The translations under genes and the position numbers were made by a program. Of a stretch of 64,000 bases of DNA, positions 41,901-49,320 are shown piece by piece. Numbering within the stretch: the stretch's first letter is position 1; every line of letters begins with the position of its first letter. The DNA comes from Candidatus Pacearchaeota archaeon (GTDB lineage Archaea > Nanobdellota > Nanobdellia > Pacearchaeales > GW2011-AR1). The notes below the pieces were generated by a model. It had not been told where the DNA came from. It saw only the letters and a program-made list of their open reading frames with translations, and did not search any database. The stretch spans positions 1,091 through 65,090 of the forward strand of contig JAGLGM010000001.1 of the NCBI GenBank assembly GCA_023144035.1, given 5' to 3'.

Positions 41901-42819
41901 TAGGAAAAAGGAAAAAGGAAAGTTCATCAAACGAATAAAAAAACCAATCAAATATTTGAATAACAAATTTAACCAAGTAGGTTTGTTTTTATTAAGAAAA
42001 GAGAAAACTCTTACTAAAGAAGAAAAATTATTATTTAAGAAAATAAAAAAACAAATAAAACAAAATCATAATCATGTTTTTAGATTATTAAAAAAGGAAT
42101 TTAAAAAAAATAATCCTAAAGAAATTCTACAAGAATTCGAAGAAAAGTTTATTAAAACAGGTAAGTTATCGAAAAAACATCTTAAAACTTTGATAGAAAT
42201 TATAAAAGCAGAAATAATTCTTAAAACAAAAAAATTACAAACAGAAATTAAAAAAGACAGTTTAAAAATTAATCACCAAATTAACAAAGTAACTAAAAAT
42301 TCAGCAGAATTGATTAATGATTTTCTTGAACAAGTTCACAAACCTAAATTAATTTCTGTTCAAAAAGAGAAAAAAAGATTAAAGAAATATAAAAAATATA
42401 TTACAAAATTATTTTTTATTAAAAAAACAAGAAAAAGAACAAAAGAAAAAAGAAGATTCTATTCTAAAAAAATTAAATTAATAAAACAATTCAGAAAAAA
42501 AGTTTTGAGAGATATTAAAAAAATTGGGAAAAATACCAATAAATTTCCTAGAAAAAGTAAAAAAAGATTAAAGAAATATAAAAAGTATCTTACAAAATTA
42601 TTTTTTATTAAAAAAGTAAGAAAAAAACAAAAGAGAAAACAAAAAAAACTAAAAAAATTCTTTGAGAAATTCGTTAAAAAAGAAAAGAAAGGACATAAAT
42701 TAATAATGAATTTTTTCAAAAAAGATTTAAATATTAAAAAAATGAAAAAGAAGAAATTAAATCTGCTTACATGGTTAAAGACATGGTTAAAAAAACAAGA
42801 AAAGAAAAAATTTGATTAA
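29911..42819 (+). CDS. Giant (4302 aa) cell-surface protein with Ig/cadherin-like repeats, C-terminal TM helices and a Lys-rich tail
   Basis: N-terminal hydrophobic segment; many YANDS.GN and D...P repeats; abundant N-x-S/T sequons; TM block at ~41.2-41.5 kb. Confidence 0.85.
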   Translation: MSYKGVIKFRRVKIKKDPLPKEKIIFSIFLGLFFFILMVSFFNNANLWNTGSVISENTGESKNTAIINFVIELTDAKHLDFNKNFISNIYEEVRELDNIWSKQISSEEYIRVTFEENLTSKKDITIYPRIISGDPRIEVYETNETQLIAEFTNLISNEYNKVFLTKLIGKQDTFDLLILGGSLIIDHIIDPEEILTPLLHANSQLNSVALDSAQITAITSDDASDITIGKAIILTVEMSELSGTIDTLTDANCSLVYSTATSYPADSITFEVYDSFGGNQVAISTLPASDGVDSLVHLLDLETTGLAASEVTTMVVYVTNTIAAKGYNLLVDQIYCTIDYTEAVPNTPPTLSGLPEVNDDEDFGTNNSVMDLWDYASDAEDADSVLTYGINSESETSIVDCDIYDSHYITCTSQANASGYSDVNVSVTDTGGLKDSDVFRFTVNTINDDPWSDSIANPASINEDSGLNDNIVSITTINTAFRDVEEDQSPTSCTIASETDTTAVDCEVDGSYNVDCTTQANQSGSNIVTLNCCDSGSSCTDMDTFTVTVDAVNDNPWNDGLSNPGNVNEDSGLADNIITKATLDNTFRDVEEDQSPTSYAIQSQTGSSIINCALDGSNNIDCTTQANQSGSNIVTVRLSDSGTLYTEMTFTITVDSINDQPWVDGLSDPTNLSYNSGLNQDVISSTEIDDNFRDVENDQNPSSVVILSQTHTEIVNCELDGHALDCTTQTNQHGISTVTLNYTDAEGLSITDSMDISITPDTTTPTIQVQSPTNNSYTVSTIYFNATASETIDTWIVNYNGTNITHTINTSLEVEDGNHNLLLYANDSANNFGLNDTIYFTVDTQEPSLSNEFSNETEISQNELFCLNITVTDSLNSIDTVYAEVWDTSSWANYSMSEDGTSCSGTSIDGIYGVEIIGSNVGLWNYSKVYANDSLNNLNSYDFSDLTINVTAPADSTYPQFANFQTYPSNNSEYSLNYNYQFNSTITFTNSTVYLSFNGENYSATNDTVDNFYVNTGSISAGTYDYFWWSYGNGSLKNYNQSNTKDYTIATNNSDCQVLFNETSSLEYGNSFRVYTDCDSTFTLYKNGTTIDNNSEQNLGADAYNFTVQRADATNYTNYYDEAQFIISQATPVMTYYLNSVQNNISLNYPGTINASAYTTVGTINIYRNGTSVTSENNLDINLVAGYYEYLFNVTGNANYSDVSNEYLYFELNQSTSDCQVLFNETSSLEYGNSFRVYTDCDSTFTLYKNGTTIENNSEQNLGADAYNFTVQRADATNYTNYYDEVQFIINQAIGEVATYIDNLRNNNSVLLNTERWLNATIINPNSGNIKLYYDDNLINQGNSPLSNLTNFTSEGVFNISAIYDGNENYTSDIETWWVTVSSDSAPTINIIYPENTFYNTDIIVLNYTVVDDIDLSHCWYSLNNGTTNSSFDSNCANVTGLTANQGSNTWFVYANDSIGQESLDFVTFTKDTIYPNFTSYEKNPATPNEDQDIQVNVTITESNIDKVILEWDSTNYTITTSNNNEYYFTINNGNYTAHDSVTYYWYANDTAGNINKSTQQSFTVANQIPSVSAPEVNNTTPYTNDLISCNSGTFSDDDAEDTEQARYFKWYDTDVEISGQTSQTLDLTTAGLDKGDVILCSIRVYDGYDNSSYQNSSNSATIQNSNPIISNLQTTVSWNANGSTYTYDYEVTDLDSDSFIWYDNTTLFNINSGTGVISDIPTENEAGTYLIEINVSDGTVNTTDIFSYTINDVGSPNIDFQPPTETNESQLTRDYIQVNITASDSIGIDTITIYLYNQTSLVNETTNPTSPYFVNFTNLPDEFYYFNATVNDTSGNTNQTETITVSTDTGAPTINSVAPTETSGIHKNQNYVEVNVTASDPNLDKIIIRLYNSAHTQIDSTTTSSSPNFANFTGLNNGLYYYNVTANDTFGNTDSLETKNITLDTTKPSVLYNPSTDADNSFVNRNWILINISANDTNLDSARMEFDSTNETFANNDENNYWENKTSLSNGDYSFYSWANDSAENYNFTTTRTVTVDTINPLIDFAIETSINNSNLSQNYIFVNATLTETNFQNITYKLYNSTSLVNETIYTTQTLNINWTLLPNEIYTYNITTSDKASNLNSTATRTITLDTVLPQLNIIYPQSNTYTVDITQLNYTYTETIPDKCWWSNNSGIWNSSLQTCGTNWTGLTSNEGSNTWTIYMNDSAGNENSTSVIFTKDTAYPAVTINSPLNQTYDTTTILFNVTATDGGGISACEYSLSDGLDNNSMSQSGNFWTATNSSMIQGSHTVNFYCNDSSGNLNDTKQETFFIDSIYPLISFTTGTENNDTSLVRNWIFANVTVTENNFENITYILYNSTEEVNTTTYTTEIKEINWTGLSDEVYTYNVTICDLVNKCNTTETRTIRLDTSNPEIYYNPNTDSNNSFVNKNWVFINITASDLTKDSVRLEWGGTNETFSNSDGDLYWENKTGLSETVYNFYAWINDSSGNLNSTATRTVTIDLTKPSITNLVESPTDPTSWTSSSTYQFNATITDTNLDTVLIEFDNVNYTPTKTGDVYNLTLNNLVAGNYNYYWYANDSAGNVNQTSDSYTINKNTENCQILFNESSPQTYPATFLVYTDCNSDFTLTKNGTTISNNTEQILSASAYNFSVQRTDTVNYSNTIDESQFIVNQATGNITLLINDSALNQSGPYGTQTNVSATTSYGSVTLYRNETEITSENNVYVTLAANYYNYTAYSSGDQNHSSASITKFVTITKTNSEINLTLNETRGNITIVQDSEIYLNTTTISGDSSATLKMYDSGTLINQGNSPIINLTTFSSVGEFNITGIYVESENFTGYSETWWVNVTETPDTENPSVASLTKTPSSPTTYSLSQIYEFNATITDNRNIHTVLIEFDGTNYTPTNLVGNIYNFTINNLSVGNYNYRWYANDTSGNMNSTENSSYIINQATPSLSLNANPSWSETYLTQTTVTGSECPAQLTSECKLYRNDTGIVDNPNIVTLGVGIYNYTYNTTGNTNYTSYSNSSNLIISQNTGSCSIVFNESSSITYPSTFKVWTNCTSDFILYRNQTTIDNNSEQNLGAGAYNFTVMRTDATNYTNYYDEQIFQINKATGEVATYIDNQQSNKSLEQYTEIYLNATLETGTGNIKLYNNETLINQGSSPLNNLTNFTIIGLYNITTIYDGNENYTSDIETWWVNVTEADVTPPQISIIYPQNISYSEIQTQLNYTASDNFGLNLCWYSVDNGQTNTTKNCNENITGLNSGQGSSTWNVYANDSKNNLNFSSVTFFVDSILPTIQFESPTETSGNSLGKNYLQVNVTASDDNLNTITFYLYNSTSLVNETSYLSFPYFINYTGLSAETYYFNATANDTLGNNISTETRNISLVLPELTIYKPNNETYISSKDIPLRYSAEYEDYVWYNINQTENITITGNTTFNTTQGQHTLYLYANNTLGETVKNVSFSVDIAKFVVFYNEFKDEGSSTDFNQSSYEDIQNLSDIVLENADYGKIEFNEIINLTDDTNISDNEADLDTYINISSNLIEIDSTVLPNFNKSATLYLYNLTFITPRILKDGVICPSTICTQQSYSGGTLIFNVTGFTTYSAEEIPGTPTTPITPTSTSTGGGWSIECIKDSDCEEEDQVCLNSKCVKLFDIKITNFESPVKLGEFFEFTYLLKGMANISGDVQVLFWIEKEGESVTSGSDVIYVGNFEEKIETTKIFLPSTVASGTYQFFVKLNYEGYTVQSHRTIEIEVEGEIAKITSIEEINFLKKYVISFLIGLAILILGLIFYIERKKIKEKFLQEEKCIKKHKTSILVFCLFLVIGILAYYLKLFDLAAKTILKLIKSPYLFYILGAIILLIILKRLITIAKKREFVNKFKKWKNKRRIKKRLKKKYKSEVKKIKKHLKTVTKIRAERKQEARRKHRKEYIKALIRFRIRKKKKATSKKRKKKIKKSHKLKREKFKAKLKKKIQKFFFKLSKLKILKKHKEKIKEKRKINKPRKKEKGKFIKRIKKPIKYLNNKFNQVGLFLLRKEKTLTKEEKLLFKKIKKQIKQNHNHVFRLLKKEFKKNNPKEILQEFEEKFIKTGKLSKKHLKTLIEIIKAEIILKTKKLQTEIKKDSLKINHQINKVTKNSAELINDFLEQVHKPKLISVQKEKKRLKKYKKYITKLFFIKKTRKRTKEKRRFYSKKIKLIKQFRKKVLRDIKKIGKNTNKFPRKSKKRLKKYKKYLTKLFFIKKVRKKQKRKQKKLKKFFEKFVKKEKKGHKLIMNFFKKDLNIKKMKKKKLNLLTWLKTWLKKQEKKKFD
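33070..33790 (+). repeat. Near-identical ~230-nt internal duplication in the giant gene
   Basis: SDCQVLFNETSSLEYG...NYYDE at ~33070-33298 and ~33559-33790; partial third copy at ~39115-39215. Confidence 0.85.
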
Positions 42820-42834
42820 TAAATATCTTTAAAA

Positions 42835-43215
42835 TTATCTCTCTATAAATTGTGCCCCTTTAGCAGATAATGAATATTGTGTATGTCCTTCAAGTGTATT
42901 TAAAAATCCTTTGTGGACACAAACACCCACTCCAATTGCAATACTGTCTAGTTCGCTATACACCTTTGAATCATATGGATTTAAAATCTTTGATTCATCA
43001 CTTTCTATAGCTTCAATATAAGGTTCAATCTCTAATTTTCTCATTCCTTTCCAAATTTCAGAAATTCTTCTATTAAGAAAACCACCTTCTGTTTCTTTCC
43101 AATATAATAAAACACGGGCAGCTTTTTTTGCAGAAATCTCTTTAACAAAAATATTGTCTTGAAGACCTGATTGAAAATGTTTTGTTAAATCATTTCTTTT
43201 CTCTGCTAAATCCAT
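42835..43215 (-). CDS. Hypothetical protein
   Basis: 126-aa ATG ORF. Confidence 0.5.
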   Translation of the reverse strand: MDLAEKRNDLTKHFQSGLQDNIFVKEISAKKAARVLLYWKETEGGFLNRRISEIWKGMRKLEIEPYIEAIESDESKILNPYDSKVYSELDSIAIGVGVCVHKGFLNTLEGHTQYSLSAKGAQFIER

Positions 43216-43292
43216 AAAGAAGAATAAAAAAGACTATTAATAAAGATTATTGCAATCAAAAACATTATAAAGCGCATCAAGTATTTATTCTC

Positions 43293-44480
43293 ATGACAAA
43301 CAAATTACCAGAACTTAATGTAGGTGTTGTTGGACATATTGACCATGGAAAAACAACTTTACTTAGCCAACTTACTGGAAAGTTTACAGACACTCATTCT
43401 GAAGAATTAAAGAGAGGAATTACAATAAAATTAGGTTATGCAGATATGACTATTTACAAAGATGGAAATAATTATAATATAAATAAAAAAGGAACTGCTC
43501 AAAGATATGTTAGTTTTATAGATGCACCAGGTCATGAAATGCTTATGGCAACTATGCTTTCTGGAGCTGCAACAATGGATGCAGCAATTTTAGTAATAGC
43601 TGCAAATGAAGGAATTAAACCTCAAACACAAGAACATTTTATGGCTTTACAAGCAAAAAAAATAAAAAATATAATAGTAGTTCAAAACAAAATTGATTTA
43701 GTAACTAAAGAACAAGCTTTAGAAAACTATAAATTAATTAAAGAATTTCTTAAAGGAAGTTTATCTGAAGATGCTCCAATAATTCCTATTTCAGCTCAAC
43801 AAGGAATAAACATTGATAAAATATTAGAAGAACTTTGCAAATTAGAGATTCCAAAAAGAGATGACACAACTGAACCAATTTTTTTAGTAGCCAGAAGTTT
43901 TGATATTAATAAGCCAGGATCTTTAATTTTAAATTTAAAGGGAGGAGTTTTAGGTGGAATTCTTAAAAAAGGTAAATTAAAAGTAGGAGATGAAATTGAA
44001 ATAAAACCTGGATTAAATATTAAAAAAGCAAATCAACAAACTTATGAAACTTTAACAACAAAAATATTATCTTTACACAAAGGAAAAGATTCTGTAAAAG
44101 AAGTTTCACCTGGAGTAAGTATTTCAATTGAAACAGAACTTGATCCTTTTTTAACAAAAACAGATTCATTAACAGGCTGTCTTGTATCTATAAAAGGAAA
44201 ACTTCCAGAAATAAGTCATAGTATAAAATTAAAAACAAATTTATTTGATAAAGTTTTAGGAACAGCAGAACATCAAGAAGTTGAACCATTAAAAACAAAA
44301 GAAATGTTAATGTTAAGTGTAAATACAACAATTACTGTTGGAACAATTGAAAAAGTGAGTGAAAAAGAATTAGAATTGTCTTTGAATATTCCAATTGTTG
44401 CATTAAAAGGAGACAATGTTGGTATTGCAAGAAACATTGATGGGCACTGGAGATTAATCGGCTTTGGAGAAATAATTTAA
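43293..44480 (+). CDS. eif2g: Translation initiation factor 2 gamma subunit
   Basis: GHIDHGKT, RGITIKLGY, DAPGH, NKID, RSFDINKPG, WRLIG. Confidence 0.97.
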   Translation: MTNKLPELNVGVVGHIDHGKTTLLSQLTGKFTDTHSEELKRGITIKLGYADMTIYKDGNNYNINKKGTAQRYVSFIDAPGHEMLMATMLSGAATMDAAILVIAANEGIKPQTQEHFMALQAKKIKNIIVVQNKIDLVTKEQALENYKLIKEFLKGSLSEDAPIIPISAQQGINIDKILEELCKLEIPKRDDTTEPIFLVARSFDINKPGSLILNLKGGVLGGILKKGKLKVGDEIEIKPGLNIKKANQQTYETLTTKILSLHKGKDSVKEVSPGVSISIETELDPFLTKTDSLTGCLVSIKGKLPEISHSIKLKTNLFDKVLGTAEHQEVEPLKTKEMLMLSVNTTITVGTIEKVSEKELELSLNIPIVALKGDNVGIARNIDGHWRLIGFGEII

Positions 44481-44591
44481 CAGTGACAATTTTGTAAATT
44501 AATAACAGCTTTTAAGTTATCGAATTGAGATAATTTAATAACAACAAATATCTAAAGTAATCTTTATAAACATCTTATCCTTAAATAAAAT

Positions 44592-46040
44592 ATGAAAAAT
44601 ATTTGGATGTTTTTATTCTTAGCACTATTTTTAGTTAGCATGGCTGGATTAACTTTAGCAGAAGAAAATTGTACAGATACTGATGGAGGAATTGATTATT
44701 ATACAAAAGGAGTAATTAATACTAATATAGGACAATATGCTGGAATGAATTTAGAGGATTCTTGTAATGCAAATGAGGTTTGGGTTCATGAAAAGTATTG
44801 CAATGAAGATGGAACTGTTGGTTTTGAAGATTATGCCTGTGCTAATGAAGATAAAGTTTGTAAAGATGGCGCTTGCGTTGAAGTGGAAAGCAATCTTGGT
44901 TGCCGGGGACTTCGGTGCGATCTTTTTCTTTATCAGGAAGTAAATTTAGATATTTGTGAGGAAGAATTCATTTTTAAGTTGAGGGGCGTGAGTGAATCAG
45001 ACGATGGAGAAATTTATGAGGTCTTTTTTGATTTTGGAGGGGTCGAAGAAATTAAATCTCAAGAACTTAGAGAAGGAGATGAATTTGAATATAATGATTT
45101 AGAAAATGGAGAAGTTGTTTTTAAAGTAAAAGCCTTGAGAGAAGGATTTATTCCTTATGAAGATTATTTTGCATTTGAATATATTGAAAAATGTTTCCAA
45201 GAGCCCTATTGTATAGATAATGATGGAGGCATAAATTATTATGAGATGGGACAAATTGATACTAATATGGAACAATATGCTGGAATGAATTTAAAGGATT
45301 CTTGTAATGCAGATGGTGTTTGGTTGCATGAAAAGTATTGTAATGAAGATGGAACTGTTGGGTTCAAAGATCATGCTTGTGCCAATGAAGGTAAAATTTG
45401 TATAGATGGTGCTTGTGTAAATGAAACAGAAGAAAATGATTCTGACGATAATGATGTAAATGAAAATGGAACAAGAAAAGTTAAATTAAATATAAAAAAT
45501 AGATTAAGAATTAATCAATCAGAAATTCCTGAAGGATGCACTGCATCTGGTTCTACATTAAAATGTAATGTTGATGGAGGAAGAGTAATGGCTGTTTTTG
45601 CTGGAAACTCTGGAAACACAATATTTCAAGTAAAAGGAATTAATGCTTCAACAAAAGTTGAATTATACAAAGAAAATGATTCTTTTTACGGGGTTTTAGA
45701 AAATAATGAAACATTTTTAATTAATTATTTTCCAGATGAAATTAAAGAAATAGTAAGAAACAGAATTAATGTAAGTGATAATGAGGATGAAACAATTGAA
45801 TTAGATGAAAAAGGAATATACCAAGTTCAAACTAAGAAAAGAGCAAGATTATTTTATTTAGTTCCTGTAAAAGAAAAAATAAAAACTCAAGTCGACCCTG
45901 AAACAGGAGAAATAATCAAAACAAGAAATCCTTGGTGGGGATTCTTAGCTAAAGATATCATAGATGTAGATGATAACACAGATGATGATTCTGACAATGA
46001 AGAAGATAATGAGACAGAAGAAGGTAACGAATCAATTTAA
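44592..46040 (+). CDS. Secreted Cys-rich protein with duplicated CxDxDGG modules
   Basis: Signal peptide; two near-identical CTDTDGG/CIDNDGG...GACV modules; NPWWGFLA C-terminal domain. Confidence 0.7.
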   Translation: MKNIWMFLFLALFLVSMAGLTLAEENCTDTDGGIDYYTKGVINTNIGQYAGMNLEDSCNANEVWVHEKYCNEDGTVGFEDYACANEDKVCKDGACVEVESNLGCRGLRCDLFLYQEVNLDICEEEFIFKLRGVSESDDGEIYEVFFDFGGVEEIKSQELREGDEFEYNDLENGEVVFKVKALREGFIPYEDYFAFEYIEKCFQEPYCIDNDGGINYYEMGQIDTNMEQYAGMNLKDSCNADGVWLHEKYCNEDGTVGFKDHACANEGKICIDGACVNETEENDSDDNDVNENGTRKVKLNIKNRLRINQSEIPEGCTASGSTLKCNVDGGRVMAVFAGNSGNTIFQVKGINASTKVELYKENDSFYGVLENNETFLINYFPDEIKEIVRNRINVSDNEDETIELDEKGIYQVQTKKRARLFYLVPVKEKIKTQVDPETGEIIKTRNPWWGFLAKDIIDVDDNTDDDSDNEEDNETEEGNESI

Positions 46041-46088
46041 TATTTCTAAAACAATAAACCTTATATATTATTAAATTACGTAGTATTA

Positions 46089-46394
46089 ATGGTATTAAGA
46101 GCATATATTAATTTAAAATATCATCATGATAAGATACAAATTGATTATTGGATGTCAATAGACCATAGAAATAATTTCAAGACAGCTGGAATTTTTTCTT
46201 CATGTAAAGGTCTTAGAGAAGCAAAAAATAGACTTTTAAGTATTCTTGAAAAAAGCCATGAAAAAGAAATTAAAATAAGTAGAAATATAAAAATATATTC
46301 AAAATTAAAAGCATATTCTCAAATAAAATTAGAGGATTTTAAAAAACTTAAAGAGTTTTTAATTAAAAGTAGACCAGATATAAAATTTAAATAA
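46089..46394 (+). CDS. Hypothetical protein
   Basis: ATG ORF with TTATAT box upstream. Confidence 0.45.
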   Translation: MVLRAYINLKYHHDKIQIDYWMSIDHRNNFKTAGIFSSCKGLREAKNRLLSILEKSHEKEIKISRNIKIYSKLKAYSQIKLEDFKKLKEFLIKSRPDIKFK

Positions 46395-46455
46395 TTAATT
46401 TAATACTTTTAAGAACATAATATTTATAACCTCTATTTCTTTTTTTAATCTTACA

Positions 46456-47253
46456 ATGGCTGTATATTCACATTCTAGACTAAATATGTTTGAACAATGC
46501 CCTCTTAGATATAAATACAGATATATTGATAAAAAGAAACCAGATATTGAAAAAACAATTGAAGCTCATTTAGGAAGTATAGTTCATGATGTTCTAGAAT
46601 TAATTTATATTGAAGCAAAAAATAATAAAGTTTTAACAATAGATGAAATAATAAATTATTACTCAGAAAATTGGCAAAAAGATTATTCTGAAGATATTTT
46701 AGTTGTAAAAGACAACAAAACAGTTAAAGATTATTTTAACTTAGGTGTTGAATTTTTAGTGAGTTATTACAACACCCACCAACCGTTTAAAGACGGAACA
46801 ATGGAATGTGAAAAAAGGATTTGGATAAATCTTGATGAAGCAGGAAAATATAAATTAATGGGATTTATTGATAGATTAGTTTATAATTTTGAAACAAAAG
46901 AATATGAAGTTCATGATTATAAAACAGCAAACAGTCTTCCTACTCAAGAAAAAATAGATAATGATAAACAATTAGCTCTTTATTCAATTGCAATCAAAAA
47001 TTTATTTGGACATGATAAAGAAGTTGTTTTAATTTGGCATTATTTGGCTCATAATAAAAAAATAGAATCTCGAAGAACAAACGAACAACTTCAACAACTT
47101 AAAGAAGAAACTTTAAAATTAATAGATGAAATAGAAGCAACAAAAACTTTCCCACATAATAAATCTCCTCTTTGTGGTTGGTGCCAATTTAAACCTAGTT
47201 GTGAAGCTTGGAAATCAGAAATCCAAAGACCTTTAGATATTTATGGTGATTAA
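46456..47253 (+). CDS. RecB/Cas4-like PD-(D/E)XK nuclease with 1+3 Cys (Fe-S) pattern
   Basis: YSHS..QCP, GFIDRL, HDYKT, QLALY, CGWC...C. Confidence 0.85.
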   Translation: MAVYSHSRLNMFEQCPLRYKYRYIDKKKPDIEKTIEAHLGSIVHDVLELIYIEAKNNKVLTIDEIINYYSENWQKDYSEDILVVKDNKTVKDYFNLGVEFLVSYYNTHQPFKDGTMECEKRIWINLDEAGKYKLMGFIDRLVYNFETKEYEVHDYKTANSLPTQEKIDNDKQLALYSIAIKNLFGHDKEVVLIWHYLAHNKKIESRRTNEQLQQLKEETLKLIDEIEATKTFPHNKSPLCGWCQFKPSCEAWKSEIQRPLDIYGD

Positions 47254-47301
47254 TAAAAGAAATATTTAAATACTATAGCCACTATAGTTGTTATAGGTAA
47301 A

Positions 47302-47511
47302 ATGGAAACATCAACAATTCAGTTAAGCAAAGAAACAAAAAAGAAAATCTCATCTTTTGGAGCAAAAGGAGAAAGTTATGAAGATATACTTTTGAGATTA
47401 TATAAAAGTGCTGTTGAAAGACAACTCCATGATTTTTTATATAAAGAAGATGATAATTTTATTTCTATAGAAAAAGCACTTAATAAGGCCAAGAAAAAAT
47501 GGCAAAAGTAG
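47302..47511 (+). CDS. Antitoxin (RHH-like)
   Basis: STIQLS...GESYEDIL; CTATAG repeats upstream. Confidence 0.7.
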   Translation: METSTIQLSKETKKKISSFGAKGESYEDILLRLYKSAVERQLHDFLYKEDDNFISIEKALNKAKKKWQK

Positions 47512-47846
47512 AAATTACAAAAAGTCTCGAGAAAAAAATAAACAAAAAATTTAAAGCTGAATCTATAAAAGTATTTGAGTTGCTTTATTCTTTAAAAGAA
47601 AATCCAAAAAAAGGAAAATTATTAGGAAATATCGGAGAAATTGTTCTGAAAGAAATTAAGTATAAATCATTTAGATTTTATTTTATAACAAATGGATATA
47701 AATTAAGGATTTTTAAAATAGAAGAACTAACAGACTTATTAATAAGATTTGTGAGAATGTCTAATAAAAAAGAACAACAAAAAGTTATAAATGAAATAAA
47801 AAATGTTTTGAGGAAAATTGAAAAAGAAAAACCTTTAGACCTTTGA
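47499..47846 (+). CDS. RelE-like toxin
   Basis: NPKKGKLL...EIKYKSFRFYF; overlaps the antitoxin. Confidence 0.6.
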   Translation: MAKVEITKSLEKKINKKFKAESIKVFELLYSLKENPKKGKLLGNIGEIVLKEIKYKSFRFYFITNGYKLRIFKIEELTDLLIRFVRMSNKKEQQKVINEIKNVLRKIEKEKPLDL

Positions 47847-47880
47847 GATAATTAATTTTTATTTTCTAAAGCACGTTTTT

Positions 47881-48243
47881 TCAACATTGCAAATTCTGTA
47901 TCCTTTTTTCACTAATTGGAGATCCATTGTAATTCGGCTTTTCTTCACATGTTGGACAATAAGGAACTTGTTCATATTCACACTTACCTGAACCAGACAT
48001 AGGAAAAGGCCCATCATGTATTGGGTGAGCAACTTCTATAGCTAAAATTTCTGAATCACAATCTAAACAAACAAAATCTTCTCCATTATTCATATAAATT
48101 ATATTTGAACCAATTTTTTTATTATATTCAATTCCGTCTTTAATTGCAACTTCAGGTTTAAAAGTACTCCAAGAAGGAACTTCAAAAATCTTAAATTCTA
48201 AATTAAGTTTCTTAACTTTATCTGATAATTCTTTCTCTGACAT
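47881..48243 (-). CDS. Zn-binding hypothetical protein
   Basis: CLDC...CPTC; start taken at MSEKE after a TTTATAA box. Confidence 0.5.
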   Translation of the reverse strand: MSEKELSDKVKKLNLEFKIFEVPSWSTFKPEVAIKDGIEYNKKIGSNIIYMNNGEDFVCLDCDSEILAIEVAHPIHDGPFPMSGSGKCEYEQVPYCPTCEEKPNYNGSPISEKRIQNLQC

Positions 48244-48374
48244 ATAAATTTCATTCAAAATCAGTTTATAAAAATTATGAAACAATAAAAGATATATTAA
48301 TATAATATTATACAACAATAATCCTTAAAAAGTTAAATTTATATAACAAATATTATTAATGTAAATATAAAAAA

Positions 48375-49064
48375 ATGTGTTTCACTCCAATAGTTTCTAT
48401 TTCAATAGCAATAGTTGAATTTACATTAGCAAGCATTCTTTTACTCTTTTTCCCAAAATCTGAATTTAGGAATTTTTTTGCTATCTTTATTTATTTGCTT
48501 GGTCTTTATCAGTTTACTGAATTTATGCTTTGTTCTGGAAATGCTATTTTTTGGGCCATGGCTGGTTTTGTGACATATAGTTTTTTACCTGCAATTTCTT
48601 TACACGCTGTTTTAAGAATTTTTAAAAAAAAGTTTAATATTATTTGGGTTTATCTTATTCCTTCTTTTGCAAGCTTCTTTGCAATTATAACCCCTGGATT
48701 TATTATTAAAGCAAGTTGTGAAAAATATTTCATTAGTGTTGAAACAATTATGACTTCTTCACCATCTTTATTGTTATTAATATCATTTATGATTTATATT
48801 GCATATTATTTTGGTTTCTTATTTTTTGTTTATTTTATTATTCTTAAAGATTATTCAAAACAAAAAAATAAAATTAAAAGAGAAATTGAATTAATAGAAA
48901 TGATAAGTATTTTACTTATGGTAATTCCAACATTAGTTTTACTTATTATTTTCCCTGTATTTGGAATAATGTTTCCCTCTGTTTTATGTGCATTTGGAAT
49001 CTTTGTTGCTATTTCTGCATTTATAGGGGTTTATTTAAAAAATAAACTAAAAAAGAAAAAATAA
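48375..49064 (+). CDS. Multi-pass membrane protein (MCF... family)
   Basis: About seven TM segments, YQFTEF, PSVLC. Confidence 0.6.
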   Translation: MCFTPIVSISIAIVEFTLASILLLFFPKSEFRNFFAIFIYLLGLYQFTEFMLCSGNAIFWAMAGFVTYSFLPAISLHAVLRIFKKKFNIIWVYLIPSFASFFAIITPGFIIKASCEKYFISVETIMTSSPSLLLLISFMIYIAYYFGFLFFVYFIILKDYSKQKNKIKREIELIEMISILLMVIPTLVLLIIFPVFGIMFPSVLCAFGIFVAISAFIGVYLKNKLKKKK

Positions 49065-49068
49065 AGAA

Positions 49069-49206
49069 TTACTCTTTTTTTGCTTTCATTTTACCACAAG
49101 CTTCTTTTAACTCACATCTATTACAAATACCTGAATTTTCAGACCATTCTTTTGTGCCAAAACAACTTTTTTCTGTTTGTTTGCTCTGTAATTGACTTTT
49201 ATTCAT
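49069..49206 (-). CDS. Small four-Cys protein (45 aa)
   Basis: Manual translation ...SCFG...ICNRCELKEACGK...; TTATATA box upstream. Confidence 0.5.
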   Translation of the reverse strand: MNKSQLQSKQTEKSCFGTKEWSENSGICNRCELKEACGKMKAKKE

Positions 49207-49320
49207 TAAAAAGCGTCTCATTCACGCTTTATATAACCTTACATTTGGATTAAATTAGAAATTTTAATAAGGAAGATACATCACAACAATACTTAAAAAT
49301 TCTTATTTTATTAAGATTTT

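Noticed and set aside
46456-47253. cas4 of a CRISPR locus
   Set aside because: No cas1/cas2 or array nearby; treated as a solo RecB-like nuclease.
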